64,000 nt of DNA. Origin: Rhizomicrobium sp. GTDB taxonomy: Bacteria; Pseudomonadota; Alphaproteobacteria; Micropepsales; Micropepsaceae. Made by a program: the position numbers and the translations under genes. Of this stretch, positions 37,532 to 47,256 are shown piece by piece (position 1 is the first letter of the stretch; every line of letters starts with the position of its first letter). Where the stretch lies: the NCBI GenBank assembly GCA_036489635.1, contig DASXFK010000089.1, forward strand, positions 33,794 through 97,793, in the 5' to 3' direction. Under the pieces are notes generated by a model that was given only the letters and a program-made list of their open reading frames with translations, did no database searches and was not told where the DNA came from.

Positions 37532-38212
37532 TCAGACGTTCAGTTGGCGATTCGGAAGAGCAAGCCGGCCCGGCGGTGGCGATTTGCCGATGAGAGCGCG
37601 GTACCAGAGCACTGCGAGGTTTTCCGTGACCTCCTCAACAGAGCCGGCGGCGGCAACCAAGGCGGGCTCCTTCTCGATACAGAGGTCGAATAAAAGAAGA
37701 TCGGCAAAAGCCAAAAGCCGATAGGCATTGGATTCGTGAACGGCGCGCGCGCCCGGATCCACCATGACGACAAGCCGGGAGGCCCATTCCGTCGCGTGGT
37801 CTTCCCATAGCTTCACGAAAACGCGATCGACCATCGCCAATTGGTTAAAGCAGCGCACCAGTCCGGGCGCTTCGAAGTAGGCTTTGACGAGGGCTGCCGA
37901 CGCAGAGAATACGGCGCTGTAAAGGTCGCGATAGTCCAGCGAAATCATCAGCGACGACCAGAAGCCGGTATTGTGCTCCCGGACAAGTTCTTCGATCAAA
38001 TCGGCTTTTTTTTCGTAGTGAAAATAAAATCCACCTGTCGCCACCCCGGCTTCCCGGCAAATCTCACTGATGGTCAGCTCGAAATAGTTTTGACGATCGA
38101 GAAGCCTGATGGCCGCGTCTTTGATTTTTTGCCGCGTGCGCTCGCTTCGACTTTGGCGGCGGCCGCCAGTATCGCGCTTCGAGGCCGATTTCGACGCATT
38201 TTGCGTGGTCAT
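37532..38212 (-). CDS. TetR/AcrR-family regulator (second of a tandem pair)
   Basis: True start MTTQNASK at 38212 (ATGA overlap); HTH LTISEICREAGVATGGFYFHY. Confidence 0.9.
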   Translation of the reverse strand: MTTQNASKSASKRDTGGRRQSRSERTRQKIKDAAIRLLDRQNYFELTISEICREAGVATGGFYFHYEKKADLIEELVREHNTGFWSSLMISLDYRDLYSAVFSASAALVKAYFEAPGLVRCFNQLAMVDRVFVKLWEDHATEWASRLVVMVDPGARAVHESNAYRLLAFADLLLFDLCIEKEPALVAAAGSVEEVTENLAVLWYRALIGKSPPPGRLALPNRQLNV

Positions 38213-38850
38213 GGCGAGGGGCATTCCGCCATCCGGCGCCAGAGAAGGGTCAGGTTCTTCGTCAATGCCGTCGCGGTAGTGAGCGTGCGGCTGCGATCGT
38301 AAACGAAGGTAAGATCGAGCTGGCTCACGACCATCGTAATCAGCGCGTGGGCGAGAAAGGCGGCCTTCGGCGCGCTGAGATCGGGTCGTTCCCGCGCGAG
38401 AATTGCGGCGAGTCGAACAATTCTGGGATCGGTGATCGCACGCCACCGGGCGGCGTATTCGCTGCGCGTCCGACGCAGTTGCTGGAAGGTCCGCGCAAGA
38501 CCATTGCAATCCTGATAGGCGCAAACCAGCGCCGCGCAGATCGACCGCGCCTGATCGGTCCCTTTCACCGCCATCGCTGCGTCGAGGGCAACGCCCAAAT
38601 CGTCGCCATATTCGCCTATGACTTCGTCGAGCAGCGCGTCCTGATTGGGAAAATGGAAGTAGAATCCGCCGACCGTTATGTCCGCCGTGCGGCAGATGTC
38701 CGAAATGGTGATCGCGGCAAAACTCTTGTGCGCCAGAAGTTCGCAGAAAGCGCTTCGAATCCGTGCGCGGGTGCGCTCGCCTTTGTTTTCGCCGCCCCGT
38801 TCCTCCGCGGAACGTCCCACCTTTTCCAGAGCGCCTGCGCTTTTCGCCAT
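38209..38850 (-). CDS. TetR/AcrR-family regulator (first of a tandem pair)
   Basis: HTH ITISDICRTADITVGGFYFHF. Confidence 0.9.
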   Translation of the reverse strand: MAKSAGALEKVGRSAEERGGENKGERTRARIRSAFCELLAHKSFAAITISDICRTADITVGGFYFHFPNQDALLDEVIGEYGDDLGVALDAAMAVKGTDQARSICAALVCAYQDCNGLARTFQQLRRTRSEYAARWRAITDPRIVRLAAILARERPDLSAPKAAFLAHALITMVVSQLDLTFVYDRSRTLTTATALTKNLTLLWRRMAECPSP

Positions 38851-38888
38851 GTTGTCTTATACACCAAGAAACGCTTTGCGCTCTCAAA

Positions 38889-38941
38889 AAACAGAATATG
38901 AGTTCTGTTTCTCTTGATTAGCCGAAGCGCGCCGGTATAAT
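38889..38941 (+). promoter_or_regulatory. Palindromic operator plus sigma70 promoter of the MaoC-ligase operon
   Basis: AAACAGAA-N6-TTCTGTTT at 38889-38910, then TTGATT-N16-TATAAT at 38914-38941. Confidence 0.7.
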
Positions 38942-38967
38942 GCCGCGCCACAATCGAGGCAGAGAGC

Positions 38968-39438
38968 ATGGGGCCAGCGCTAACCTTCGCCAATCTTGAA
39001 AGCTTCGTGGGGCAACAGATCGCGCTGACCGGATGGCGAGAAGTCCCGCAGGCCGATGCGACTGCGTTTGGAACTCTCACCGGCGATCCCGATCCCATGC
39101 ACGTCGATCCAGTCTGGGCGCGCACCAACAGCCCCTATGGCCAATCCGTGCTGGCCGGCTTTCATCTATTATCGCTTTTGCCGGCACTGACGCGCGGCAG
39201 CGGCCTGGAAATTGCGGATGTTCGCCTGGCAATGAATTATGGCTTCGAACGCATTCGCTTTGTGTCCCCCGTTCCGGTGGGAGCGGCGTTCCGCAATCGT
39301 GTTCGCCTGCTGCGGGTCGACCGGCGGCCGGACGGCAAAGCCACGATCACGACACTCAATAGCTATGAATTCGAAGGCCAGGAGCGGCCGGCGTTGACCG
39401 CAGAATGGGTCAACATCCTCTGGCCGCATGTCGGCTAG
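38968..39438 (+). CDS. MaoC-family (R)-enoyl-CoA hydratase/dehydratase
   Basis: FGTLTGDPDPMHVD hydratase motif; NYGFERIRFVSPVPVG. Confidence 0.88.
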   Translation: MGPALTFANLESFVGQQIALTGWREVPQADATAFGTLTGDPDPMHVDPVWARTNSPYGQSVLAGFHLLSLLPALTRGSGLEIADVRLAMNYGFERIRFVSPVPVGAAFRNRVRLLRVDRRPDGKATITTLNSYEFEGQERPALTAEWVNILWPHVG

Positions 39439-39443
39439 GTAAG

Positions 39444-41039
39444 ATGAGCGGCCCGTTACCCGGAAATCTCCCCCGCCTCGTCCGGCTGAGCGACTATGTC
39501 CGTCATCACGCGCAGACGGCGCCTCAACGCGAGGCCGTGATATTCGGCACGAAGCGGCTGAATTATCGCGAGCTGGATCGCACCATCGAACGCTGCGCCG
39601 CAAGTCTTGTAAGGACTGGCGTCAGACGCGGCGATCGGATCGCGATGCTGACGACGCCGAGGGCGGAATTCGCCACTATGCTTCTGGCTGCCCAGCGCAT
39701 CGGCGCAATCTGGGTTGGACTCAACCCGCGTTACAAGCTGGCTGAAATCGAATTCATTCTGGATGACTGCGCGCCGGCGCTATTCGTCGCCGTTCCAGAC
39801 GATGCATCCGGCCACAGTTACGCTGACGAGTTGGCGACCATCAGCCGCGCGCGGCCTGCACTTCAAATCCTGTCGACAATCGACTTCGACCAATTTCTTG
39901 CGGGCGGTGACGGTACATCGGCGCCCGCGATCGTGGCCGGGCCGGAAGATCCGACGGTCATCGTTTACACATCCGGCACCACGGGCAAACCGAAAGGCGC
40001 GCTCCTGGCGCATCGCAACCTGCTCTATTGCTATGAGTCCGTCAGCCGATCCTTCGCCGGAAAGGAAAGCGTGCGCGATGGATTGCGCTTGCTGTGCAAT
40101 TTGCCGCCAAACCATATCGGCTGTATTTCCGAGATGCTTGGCAACGCGTTGATCCGCGGCGGCACGGTGGTGTTCGCGGAACGCTTCGACCCGCGTGAGA
40201 TGATCGATACGATCCGGACTGAGCGGATCACGATGATCGGCGGCGTACCGGTGATGCTGCAGGCACTATTCGACCATCCGGCATTCGCCGATGCGGATAT
40301 CTCTTCTCTCAAGGCTATCGGATGGGGCGGCGCACCTGCGCCTCGCGCGCTCGTGCAACGGATGATGGACACCGGCGCGCATCTGTTCACGAATTACGGC
40401 CTCACGGAGGGCGGCGCCGTGGTAAGCGCGACGCCTGCCAACTACGATCTCGATACGCTGTGCGACACGGTGGGAGCGCCGGACGAAAGCGAAAATCACA
40501 AGCTCGTCGATGACGACGGCCACACCGTCGCCACGCAAGTGGCCGCAGAGATATGGCTGCGAGGCGATGGTGTTTTTCTGGGCTATTGGAATAACGAGCG
40601 AGCAACGGCTCAAGCGCTCACGCCTGATGGCTGGCTGCGCACCGGAGACATCGCGAAGACGCGCCCGGATGGAATGTGGGTTCTCGAAGGCCGTCGCAGC
40701 GAGATGTTCAAGTCCGGCGGCTTCAATGTGTATCCGCGCGAAATCGAACTCGCGCTCGAAGATCATCCCGACATTGCGATGGCGGCGGTCTTGCCAGTGC
40801 GCGACGCGCGCTATTTCGAGATCGGCATTGCGTTTGTCCTGCCGAAGCCAGGACATAATCCCGATGCGAAGGCGATAGAGGCCTTTCTCCGTCAGCGACT
40901 TGCCAACTACAAGATCCCCAAGCGGGTCGTTCTTCGCAGCGATCTACCGATGTTGCCGATCGGGAAGCTGGACAAGCAGCTTTTGCGCACAGAGGCTGCC
41001 GATCTCTGGCGTCCGTTCGCGGCGGTTGACAAGAGATAG
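39444..41039 (+). CDS. Class I adenylate-forming enzyme (acyl-CoA ligase-like)
   Basis: YTSGTTGKPKG, NYGLTE, LRTGD, GGFNVYPREIE, LANYKIPK, IGKLDK. Confidence 0.92.
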   Translation: MSGPLPGNLPRLVRLSDYVRHHAQTAPQREAVIFGTKRLNYRELDRTIERCAASLVRTGVRRGDRIAMLTTPRAEFATMLLAAQRIGAIWVGLNPRYKLAEIEFILDDCAPALFVAVPDDASGHSYADELATISRARPALQILSTIDFDQFLAGGDGTSAPAIVAGPEDPTVIVYTSGTTGKPKGALLAHRNLLYCYESVSRSFAGKESVRDGLRLLCNLPPNHIGCISEMLGNALIRGGTVVFAERFDPREMIDTIRTERITMIGGVPVMLQALFDHPAFADADISSLKAIGWGGAPAPRALVQRMMDTGAHLFTNYGLTEGGAVVSATPANYDLDTLCDTVGAPDESENHKLVDDDGHTVATQVAAEIWLRGDGVFLGYWNNERATAQALTPDGWLRTGDIAKTRPDGMWVLEGRRSEMFKSGGFNVYPREIELALEDHPDIAMAAVLPVRDARYFEIGIAFVLPKPGHNPDAKAIEAFLRQRLANYKIPKRVVLRSDLPMLPIGKLDKQLLRTEAADLWRPFAAVDKR

Positions 41040-41068
41040 CTCCTTCAAATTTCCCCGGACCTGCCTGC

Positions 41069-44000
41069 CTACAATGTCACCTTGTTGGGTCCGGATGTTG
41101 TGGTGTCGGTGCCGAGTTTTTCGATGGCGTTCTTCTTGGAGGTGAGCGTAATGCCGGTGCCGGCGGTGACGTTGAGCAGTTTGCTGGCGCGGATAGCGCC
41201 GTTCTTGGATTCGCTGGCTGCTCCGGTGGTGACCAGGTTGATCGTCTTGCCGGCGATAGTGTGATTGATGGCCAGATTGTGATCCTTGCCGAGCGTGGTG
41301 AGCGAAAGCCCGGCCGCGCCGGCATTGATGTTGCCGACCACCGTCAGCGCAGCGTTGTCAGTGAACGCAAAGGCGTTGTTGCCCCCGGTGGTGAAAGGGC
41401 CGAGCTCGGCGACGACATTGTTGACGCCCGTCAATTCCACCGTGCCGTGGGCGCTGCCGGTGAGCGTCGTGGCATGGATGGCGCCCGCGCCGCTTTCCGA
41501 GATCGTCTTGGCCGAGACCAGATCGACGGTGGCGCCCACGATCTTGGCTTCAATGGCGAGGGCGTGTCCTCCCGTGGTGGTCAGATGCACGTTCTGCGAG
41601 CCGGCGCTGAGCGTGCCATCCACCGTCAAGGCATGATCGTCGGTCAGCGCAAAGGGCCCGCCCGAGGTGAAGGCGCCCAGATCCGCGACCGCGTTGCCGC
41701 TGCCGGTCATCTGCGCCGCGCCAACCGACGAGCCTGAGAGCTGCGCCACGTCCATATCGCCTTGGCCATTCTCCGAGATCGCGCCGGCGGAGATCAGCTT
41801 CAGCGCGGCGGCTTCGAGCTTGGCGTGGACGGCGATGTCGTGGCTTGCCCCCTTGGTGGTCAGAACGATGTTGTGGCTTCCGGCGCCGACTTTGCCCACC
41901 ACCGTCAAGTCGGCGTTGTCGGTGAGCGCAAAATTGCCGGCGGTGGCGAAGGCTCCCAGATCGGCGATGGCGTTGGCCGCGCTGGTGAAGGTCGCCGCGC
42001 CGCCCGACTGTCCCGTTAATGTGGCCGCGGTGATCGCATCGCCATTTGCCTGGCTGATGCTGCCTGCCGCATCGAATGTGAGCGTGCCCGTGCCGATGTC
42101 GATGGCATGGTCGATGCTGAACGCCGCCGTGCTCAGGTCCAGGTTCAGATCGATGCCCGAGGTGAAGGCGCCGGCGCTGCCGAACAGCAAATCGCTGCCG
42201 CCGTTGGAACCCAGCGCCTTCTCAATCGCGGCCAGCAATGCGGTCTCGCTTTTGGCCGAACTTGTGACCGTCAAGGTATCGGCTATCAGATTGAAGCCTG
42301 CCAGCGAGCCTTTCGCGTTTTGATAAACGGTGTTGGCGTGCCCGCTGTTGACCTTCAGATAGGCCAGCACGTCGCTGCCCGTATGGGAGATCGTGCCGGG
42401 CGCCAGAAGTTCGTAATAGTAGCCGTTGGCGCCGGAGGACATCGTCACAAGCGGCATCACCGCTTTGCCGTTCACCCGCAAATCCACCTCAATATCCGAG
42501 TCGGACGTCTCGGCGCTGATCGTGCCGGACACCACTTCCGGCGTACCGGAAGCGACCTGCCATTTAAGGTAGGGGAAACTCACGCCCTTGACGATGGCCC
42601 AATCGCCGCCGGAGAATCCGGATGGCAATGCGGATTGCAACCGCGCGGTCGTGAGCCCCGCTCCGCCGTTGCTGGTGCTCTGGCCGGTGGTCTGCGTGTC
42701 CCAGTAGCTCGCTGCTATGGTGCCGCCGAGGTTTTGGGCAATCAGGCCGCCGCTGTAGCCGCCCCCACCGCCCTCGACCAACCCAACAGCATAGCTTTGC
42801 TCAACTCCGCCTTGATTGTTGCCGATCAGGCCGCCGGCGTCGGAGTATTCACCGCCACCCAGAACCGCGCCAATCGCATAGCTCTGCGAGACCATGCCGT
42901 AGTTTTCGCCAATCAAGCCGCCGGCAGCGGAGTACTGGCCATCGACGGTTCCCGTCGCGAAGCTCTGCAGAACCGTCAATTCATTTTCGCCCACCAGGCC
43001 ACCGACATCGTGGCCGGTCGCGCCGTTCACCTCCCCGGTCGCGTAGCTCTGAAATATCATGCCGTCATTATAGCCAACCAGGCCGCCAATATGCCCTTGA
43101 CCTGTGACCGCTCCGGTGGCGTAGGATTGCGAAATCGCCAGCACCGAATCCGCGACCAGGCCGCCTTCATAGAAGGCGCCTTCCACCGCACCAGAGGCAT
43201 GGGAATCGATCAGCGACACGGAACTATCGCCATATCCGATCAATCCGCCGGCATAACCGTTCGCCGCGTCGCCACCATTGACTGTTCCGGTGGCATAAAG
43301 CGACATGAGAGCGCCATCAATCTGGGTATCGCCAATCAGACCGCCGACAAAAGCCTGATTGCTGGCGTTCGGTTTGCCAGTGATATTGCCGGTGGCATAA
43401 GACTCTGTGATGACGTTGCCGTCGTAGCTCCAGCCGATCAGGCCGCCTGCATACATGCCTTCGACATTTCCCGTAGCGTAGGAATTCGTGACGGTATTTC
43501 CGTTGTCCATATAACCGACCAGACCGCCGTCGTCTGAGGTGTTGTTGCCGCTGATTTTTCCCTTCGCATAGGAATCGGAAATTGAGCTCGCGTCCTGGAG
43601 TTCGCCGACAAGGCCTCCGCCATAGCCGTTCGCCGCATCCGTCCCCTGTGCACTCACCGCGCCGCTGGCATACGAGGACGCGATGAACATGCCATCGTCT
43701 GCGTCTCCCACCAGTCCGCCGGCGCCGGCAGCGGGGCCTGTCACCGTAACAGCTCCTGTTGCGTAAGAGTCGAGGATGCTGCCGTGACCGTCGCCTTTGG
43801 CAAAGCCCACCAATCCCCCAGCATAGGTCAACGTCCCCGAACCATATGTGACCGTGACTTTGCCTCCAGCATGGGATCCCGCGATGTTGGAGAACTCGCT
43901 CGCGCCAACGAGGCCGCCCGCTTCCGCGTCCTGGCCGCTGACGGCGCCGCCGGCATAAGAATCTGTGATCGTGTCTTGATGACCGTAGCCAATCAGCCCG

Positions 44001-46951
44001 CCGACCTGGCTGTATTCGTTACCGGTTACGCTGCCGCTCGCATGGGAATCGTAAATCTGTCCGGTGAGGTCGTAACCGATAAGTCCGCCGGCGACGCCCT
44101 CCGATCCTTCGGAAATCGACACCTTGCCGCTTGCGTGAGAATCCGTGACGGCGCCCCCGCCGGCATTGCTGCCTATGAGACCGCCAACACCGGCGTTGCC
44201 CGAGCCGCTAACGCCTCCACTTGCGGACGAACCGTCAACCGTTCCGGTGCTGTATCCAATCAAGCCTCCCAGATAATACGCACCGGTCGCCGCATCGGAG
44301 ACTTCGGCCGAGGACGACGCATTTTCCAAGACTCCACCATTGTCGCCGAGAAGTCCGCCGGCGTTGCCGAACGTCGTATCCAGCGTGACAGCGCCGGAAC
44401 TTTGGACGCCGCTGATGGTGGCATCTTCATTCAAGCCGGCCAGAATGCCGATGTTGGAATCAACGCTCGACGAGATTGCGGCGTCGGCGATTTTGAGATT
44501 TCCAACGCTTCCATTCTCGGTTTCCCCGAAAAGCCCGACGTCGCTGTTTAACGTGTTGACGATCGTGAGCCCACTGACGGTGTAGCCATTGCCGTCGAAA
44601 TTGCCCGTGAATCCGAGGGCGCCGTTGCCGCCCACGGGAATGAACCCGGCCGCTCCCCACACGTCGCCGCCCGCCGTGGCGCCGGCCTGGATGTTGTTCA
44701 GCAGTGTGTAATCGGCGGTCAGGTTAAGCGCCATAAGCTGAAGCTGGTGCGCATTCGATAGGGCGATCGAATACTCGTTGAGCAGCATCGGTGTCGTGCC
44801 GCCGGCCGCGCCGCCGGCATTGTTCAGCGAACCGTCGCCATCCACGATGACCCAGCCTGACACGTTGCCCCCGGTGCCGAACGTCCAGGTGGAAAAGCTC
44901 GATGCGGTCCTCATTTGCGCGTCGGTGAGTGGACTCCCGCCGCTGCTTGACCCTTGTCCGCTGGTGTCTGTGTCCCAGTAGGAGTTGTTGATGGCGTTGT
45001 AGTCGGCGCCCACCAATCCTCCGATGAGCGAACTGCCGGCGCCGACGCTGACCATGCCGGTGGAATAGCTGTTGTTGATCGTTGCGTAATTCTCTCCCGC
45101 CAGTCCACCGACATCCTGGACGCCTGCACCGCCGGTAACCGCGCCAGTGGCATAACTATCATTGATCGTTCCGCTACCATCGGTGCCGGTGTTGGTGCCG
45201 ACCAGGCCGCCCATGAAGCTTCCGCCGCTAACCGCAGCGGCTGAATAGCTGTAGCTGATCGTGCCGGTGTTGGTGCCAGCGAGCCCACCGGTGTAATCGC
45301 CGCCTTTGACTGCACCCGTGATGTAGGCGTTCGTTATTGAAGCGCCATAAAAGTTATCCGCCACCAAGCCGCCGACGGTATCGTAAGCGCCGCTGCCCGT
45401 CACATGAGCGTTGACGAGGCCGATATCGCGCACCGTGCCGCCACCACTGCCGTCCCCGATTTGCACGAAAAAGCCGACATAGTCGCTCGCGGTCGTATCG
45501 TCGATGGTGAGATTGGAGATGGTGTTGCCGAGGCCTTCGAAGATGCCGGTGAACGTTGTCGGCACCGGCGCGGAGGCATAGGTGCCGTCGGCTTTGGCGT
45601 TGTAGCTGTCGGCGAGCGCATAGTTGCCCGAAGCGTTGCCGGCGATGTCCGTGGCAAGCTGGCCGATGCTGTTGACCAGCGTGAACTTCGTGCCATCGAT
45701 CCGCAGCGCGCCCTTCGTCAGATCGTTGACGACGTCAGTGAACATGACAGGGGCATCGATGCTGTAAGTGCCGTCGGCGGCGTTGCCGTCGTTGACGCCC
45801 GTGCCGGTGGTGTCGGCATCGATCAGCACCAGCGAGCCGGCGCCCGAGATCGCGATCGGCGCCTCGACGATGATGTTGCGATAGGCATCCAGGGTCAGCG
45901 TCTTGCTGCTCGACCAGGCGATGGCGTCGTCGACGAAGATGTCACCATTGCCCGCGGTGGCGCCGGCGCTGCTCTGGATATCGACACCGGTGGTGGCAAG
46001 CTCGGCGGAGAGCGCCGCGCCCGTGATGTCGCCGCCGGATGCGGCGATGGTAAAATCCTGCGGATCGATCAGCCAGCGTCCGGTCTTGCCCCCTGCCGCC
46101 AGCGTGGAGATCGCCGCGCCATCGCCGACATGGACATGCCGCCCGGAGGTTTCGACGAAGCCGCCCGCGCCGGATGTGCCCCCATCCGCCGCGATCGTGC
46201 CGCCGACCGTCGTCGCATGCCGGGCCACGATGCTGACCGTGCCGCCCTTCCGGCCTGCCTGCACGGCCGAGGCGTCGATGTGGCCGGATGCATCGATGAC
46301 GATGGTGCGCGCACGCGCCGTCACGCTGCCGCCGGAGCCGCCGGCTTTGTGCGCCGCGATCGAGCCCTCAATGACCAGCTTGCGCGCCGCTTTCAGATCG
46401 ACGCTCGCAGCCCTGATCGTGCCCTGGTTCCTGACATTGCCGCCGAGCAGGTTGACGCTCTTGCCCGCCACGATGCTGCCGCGATTGACTACCGCGGCGG
46501 CGGCGCTGCGAAAGCGCCGGCTGTCGCTTCCAAACCCGTCGCCGCTGCCGCTTGAGGCCACGAAACTGCCCCCCGTCATCACCCGGCCGCTGCGCGAGAC
46601 GATCACGCCACGACTGTTCATGAGATAAAGCGAGCCGGTGGCATGCAGAGAGCCGGCGATGCGCGAGAGATTGCCGCCGGTGATGCGGTTCAACGTGGCG
46701 CCCGCGCCATTGTCGAACGTCACGCCCTCATGTTTGCCGATCGAGAAATTGTTCCAGTCGATGATCCCCGTCGTGCTCGACTGCTTTACGGCCAGCGAAC
46801 GGCCGGCTTTGCCGATCTCGCCTTTGCCGGAGACGTAGTGACCGGTGCCCGGAAGAGCACCCGCGCTTGCCGCGAGCGTTGCAAATGAGAAAACCGATGC
46901 AACTGCACTCGCCGATAACAAACGGCAGCGCAACGCGCTGATACGAAGCAT
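41069..46951 (-). CDS. Filamentous haemagglutinin-like TpsA exoprotein with GLUG repeats (1960 aa)
   Basis: Signal peptide; TPS domain (IIDWNNFSIG, LNRITGG, LYLMNSRGV, GGFVETSG, WLIDP); many GGL(V/I)G...SYATG repeats; about 3.5 C-terminal repeats of roughly 90 aa. Confidence 0.88.
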   Translation of the reverse strand: MLRISALRCRLLSASAVASVFSFATLAASAGALPGTGHYVSGKGEIGKAGRSLAVKQSSTTGIIDWNNFSIGKHEGVTFDNGAGATLNRITGGNLSRIAGSLHATGSLYLMNSRGVIVSRSGRVMTGGSFVASSGSGDGFGSDSRRFRSAAAAVVNRGSIVAGKSVNLLGGNVRNQGTIRAASVDLKAARKLVIEGSIAAHKAGGSGGSVTARARTIVIDASGHIDASAVQAGRKGGTVSIVARHATTVGGTIAADGGTSGAGGFVETSGRHVHVGDGAAISTLAAGGKTGRWLIDPQDFTIAASGGDITGAALSAELATTGVDIQSSAGATAGNGDIFVDDAIAWSSSKTLTLDAYRNIIVEAPIAISGAGSLVLIDADTTGTGVNDGNAADGTYSIDAPVMFTDVVNDLTKGALRIDGTKFTLVNSIGQLATDIAGNASGNYALADSYNAKADGTYASAPVPTTFTGIFEGLGNTISNLTIDDTTASDYVGFFVQIGDGSGGGTVRDIGLVNAHVTGSGAYDTVGGLVADNFYGASITNAYITGAVKGGDYTGGLAGTNTGTISYSYSAAAVSGGSFMGGLVGTNTGTDGSGTINDSYATGAVTGGAGVQDVGGLAGENYATINNSYSTGMVSVGAGSSLIGGLVGADYNAINNSYWDTDTSGQGSSSGGSPLTDAQMRTASSFSTWTFGTGGNVSGWVIVDGDGSLNNAGGAAGGTTPMLLNEYSIALSNAHQLQLMALNLTADYTLLNNIQAGATAGGDVWGAAGFIPVGGNGALGFTGNFDGNGYTVSGLTIVNTLNSDVGLFGETENGSVGNLKIADAAISSSVDSNIGILAGLNEDATISGVQSSGAVTLDTTFGNAGGLLGDNGGVLENASSSAEVSDAATGAYYLGGLIGYSTGTVDGSSASGGVSGSGNAGVGGLIGSNAGGGAVTDSHASGKVSISEGSEGVAGGLIGYDLTGQIYDSHASGSVTGNEYSQVGGLIGYGHQDTITDSYAGGAVSGQDAEAGGLVGASEFSNIAGSHAGGKVTVTYGSGTLTYAGGLVGFAKGDGHGSILDSYATGAVTVTGPAAGAGGLVGDADDGMFIASSYASGAVSAQGTDAANGYGGGLVGELQDASSISDSYAKGKISGNNTSDDGGLVGYMDNGNTVTNSYATGNVEGMYAGGLIGWSYDGNVITESYATGNITGKPNASNQAFVGGLIGDTQIDGALMSLYATGTVNGGDAANGYAGGLIGYGDSSVSLIDSHASGAVEGAFYEGGLVADSVLAISQSYATGAVTGQGHIGGLVGYNDGMIFQSYATGEVNGATGHDVGGLVGENELTVLQSFATGTVDGQYSAAGGLIGENYGMVSQSYAIGAVLGGGEYSDAGGLIGNNQGGVEQSYAVGLVEGGGGGYSGGLIAQNLGGTIAASYWDTQTTGQSTSNGGAGLTTARLQSALPSGFSGGDWAIVKGVSFPYLKWQVASGTPEVVSGTISAETSDSDIEVDLRVNGKAVMPLVTMSSGANGYYYELLAPGTISHTGSDVLAYLKVNSGHANTVYQNAKGSLAGFNLIADTLTVTSSAKSETALLAAIEKALGSNGGSDLLFGSAGAFTSGIDLNLDLSTAAFSIDHAIDIGTGTLTFDAAGSISQANGDAITAATLTGQSGGAATFTSAANAIADLGAFATAGNFALTDNADLTVVGKVGAGSHNIVLTTKGASHDIAVHAKLEAAALKLISAGAISENGQGDMDVAQLSGSSVGAAQMTGSGNAVADLGAFTSGGPFALTDDHALTVDGTLSAGSQNVHLTTTGGHALAIEAKIVGATVDLVSAKTISESGAGAIHATTLTGSAHGTVELTGVNNVVAELGPFTTGGNNAFAFTDNAALTVVGNINAGAAGLSLTTLGKDHNLAINHTIAGKTINLVTTGAASESKNGAIRASKLLNVTAGTGITLTSKKNAIEKLGTDTTTSGPNKVTL

Positions 46952-47256
46952 AGACGTCCCCCTATCACTTCAACTCTGCTGCAATGGTTGCGGCTAATTT
47001 AGAGAAAAATATAGCGCATAATATCCACAACCAACTGCAGAAGAAAGAGAAAACGCAATCGAATAATCGGGAGTGAATGTTTCAATTTTAGATTCTGGCT
47101 CGATTTCCGGTCGATGAAGCCTCTCAAATCCGCGCCCAGAAACGCGGCGCAGCTGATTTGACCAGGTTGGTTTTCAATAAAATGAAAAGAATGCGATGTT
47201 TAACCGTCAGGTCTCGCTGCCAGATCTGCCGGCAAGAATGAAAAAGTGAGGGCGAA

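Noticed and set aside
37532-38887. 451-aa ORF as a long regulator
   Set aside because: The upstream half is an off-frame reading of the first TetR; the second TetR starts at 38212
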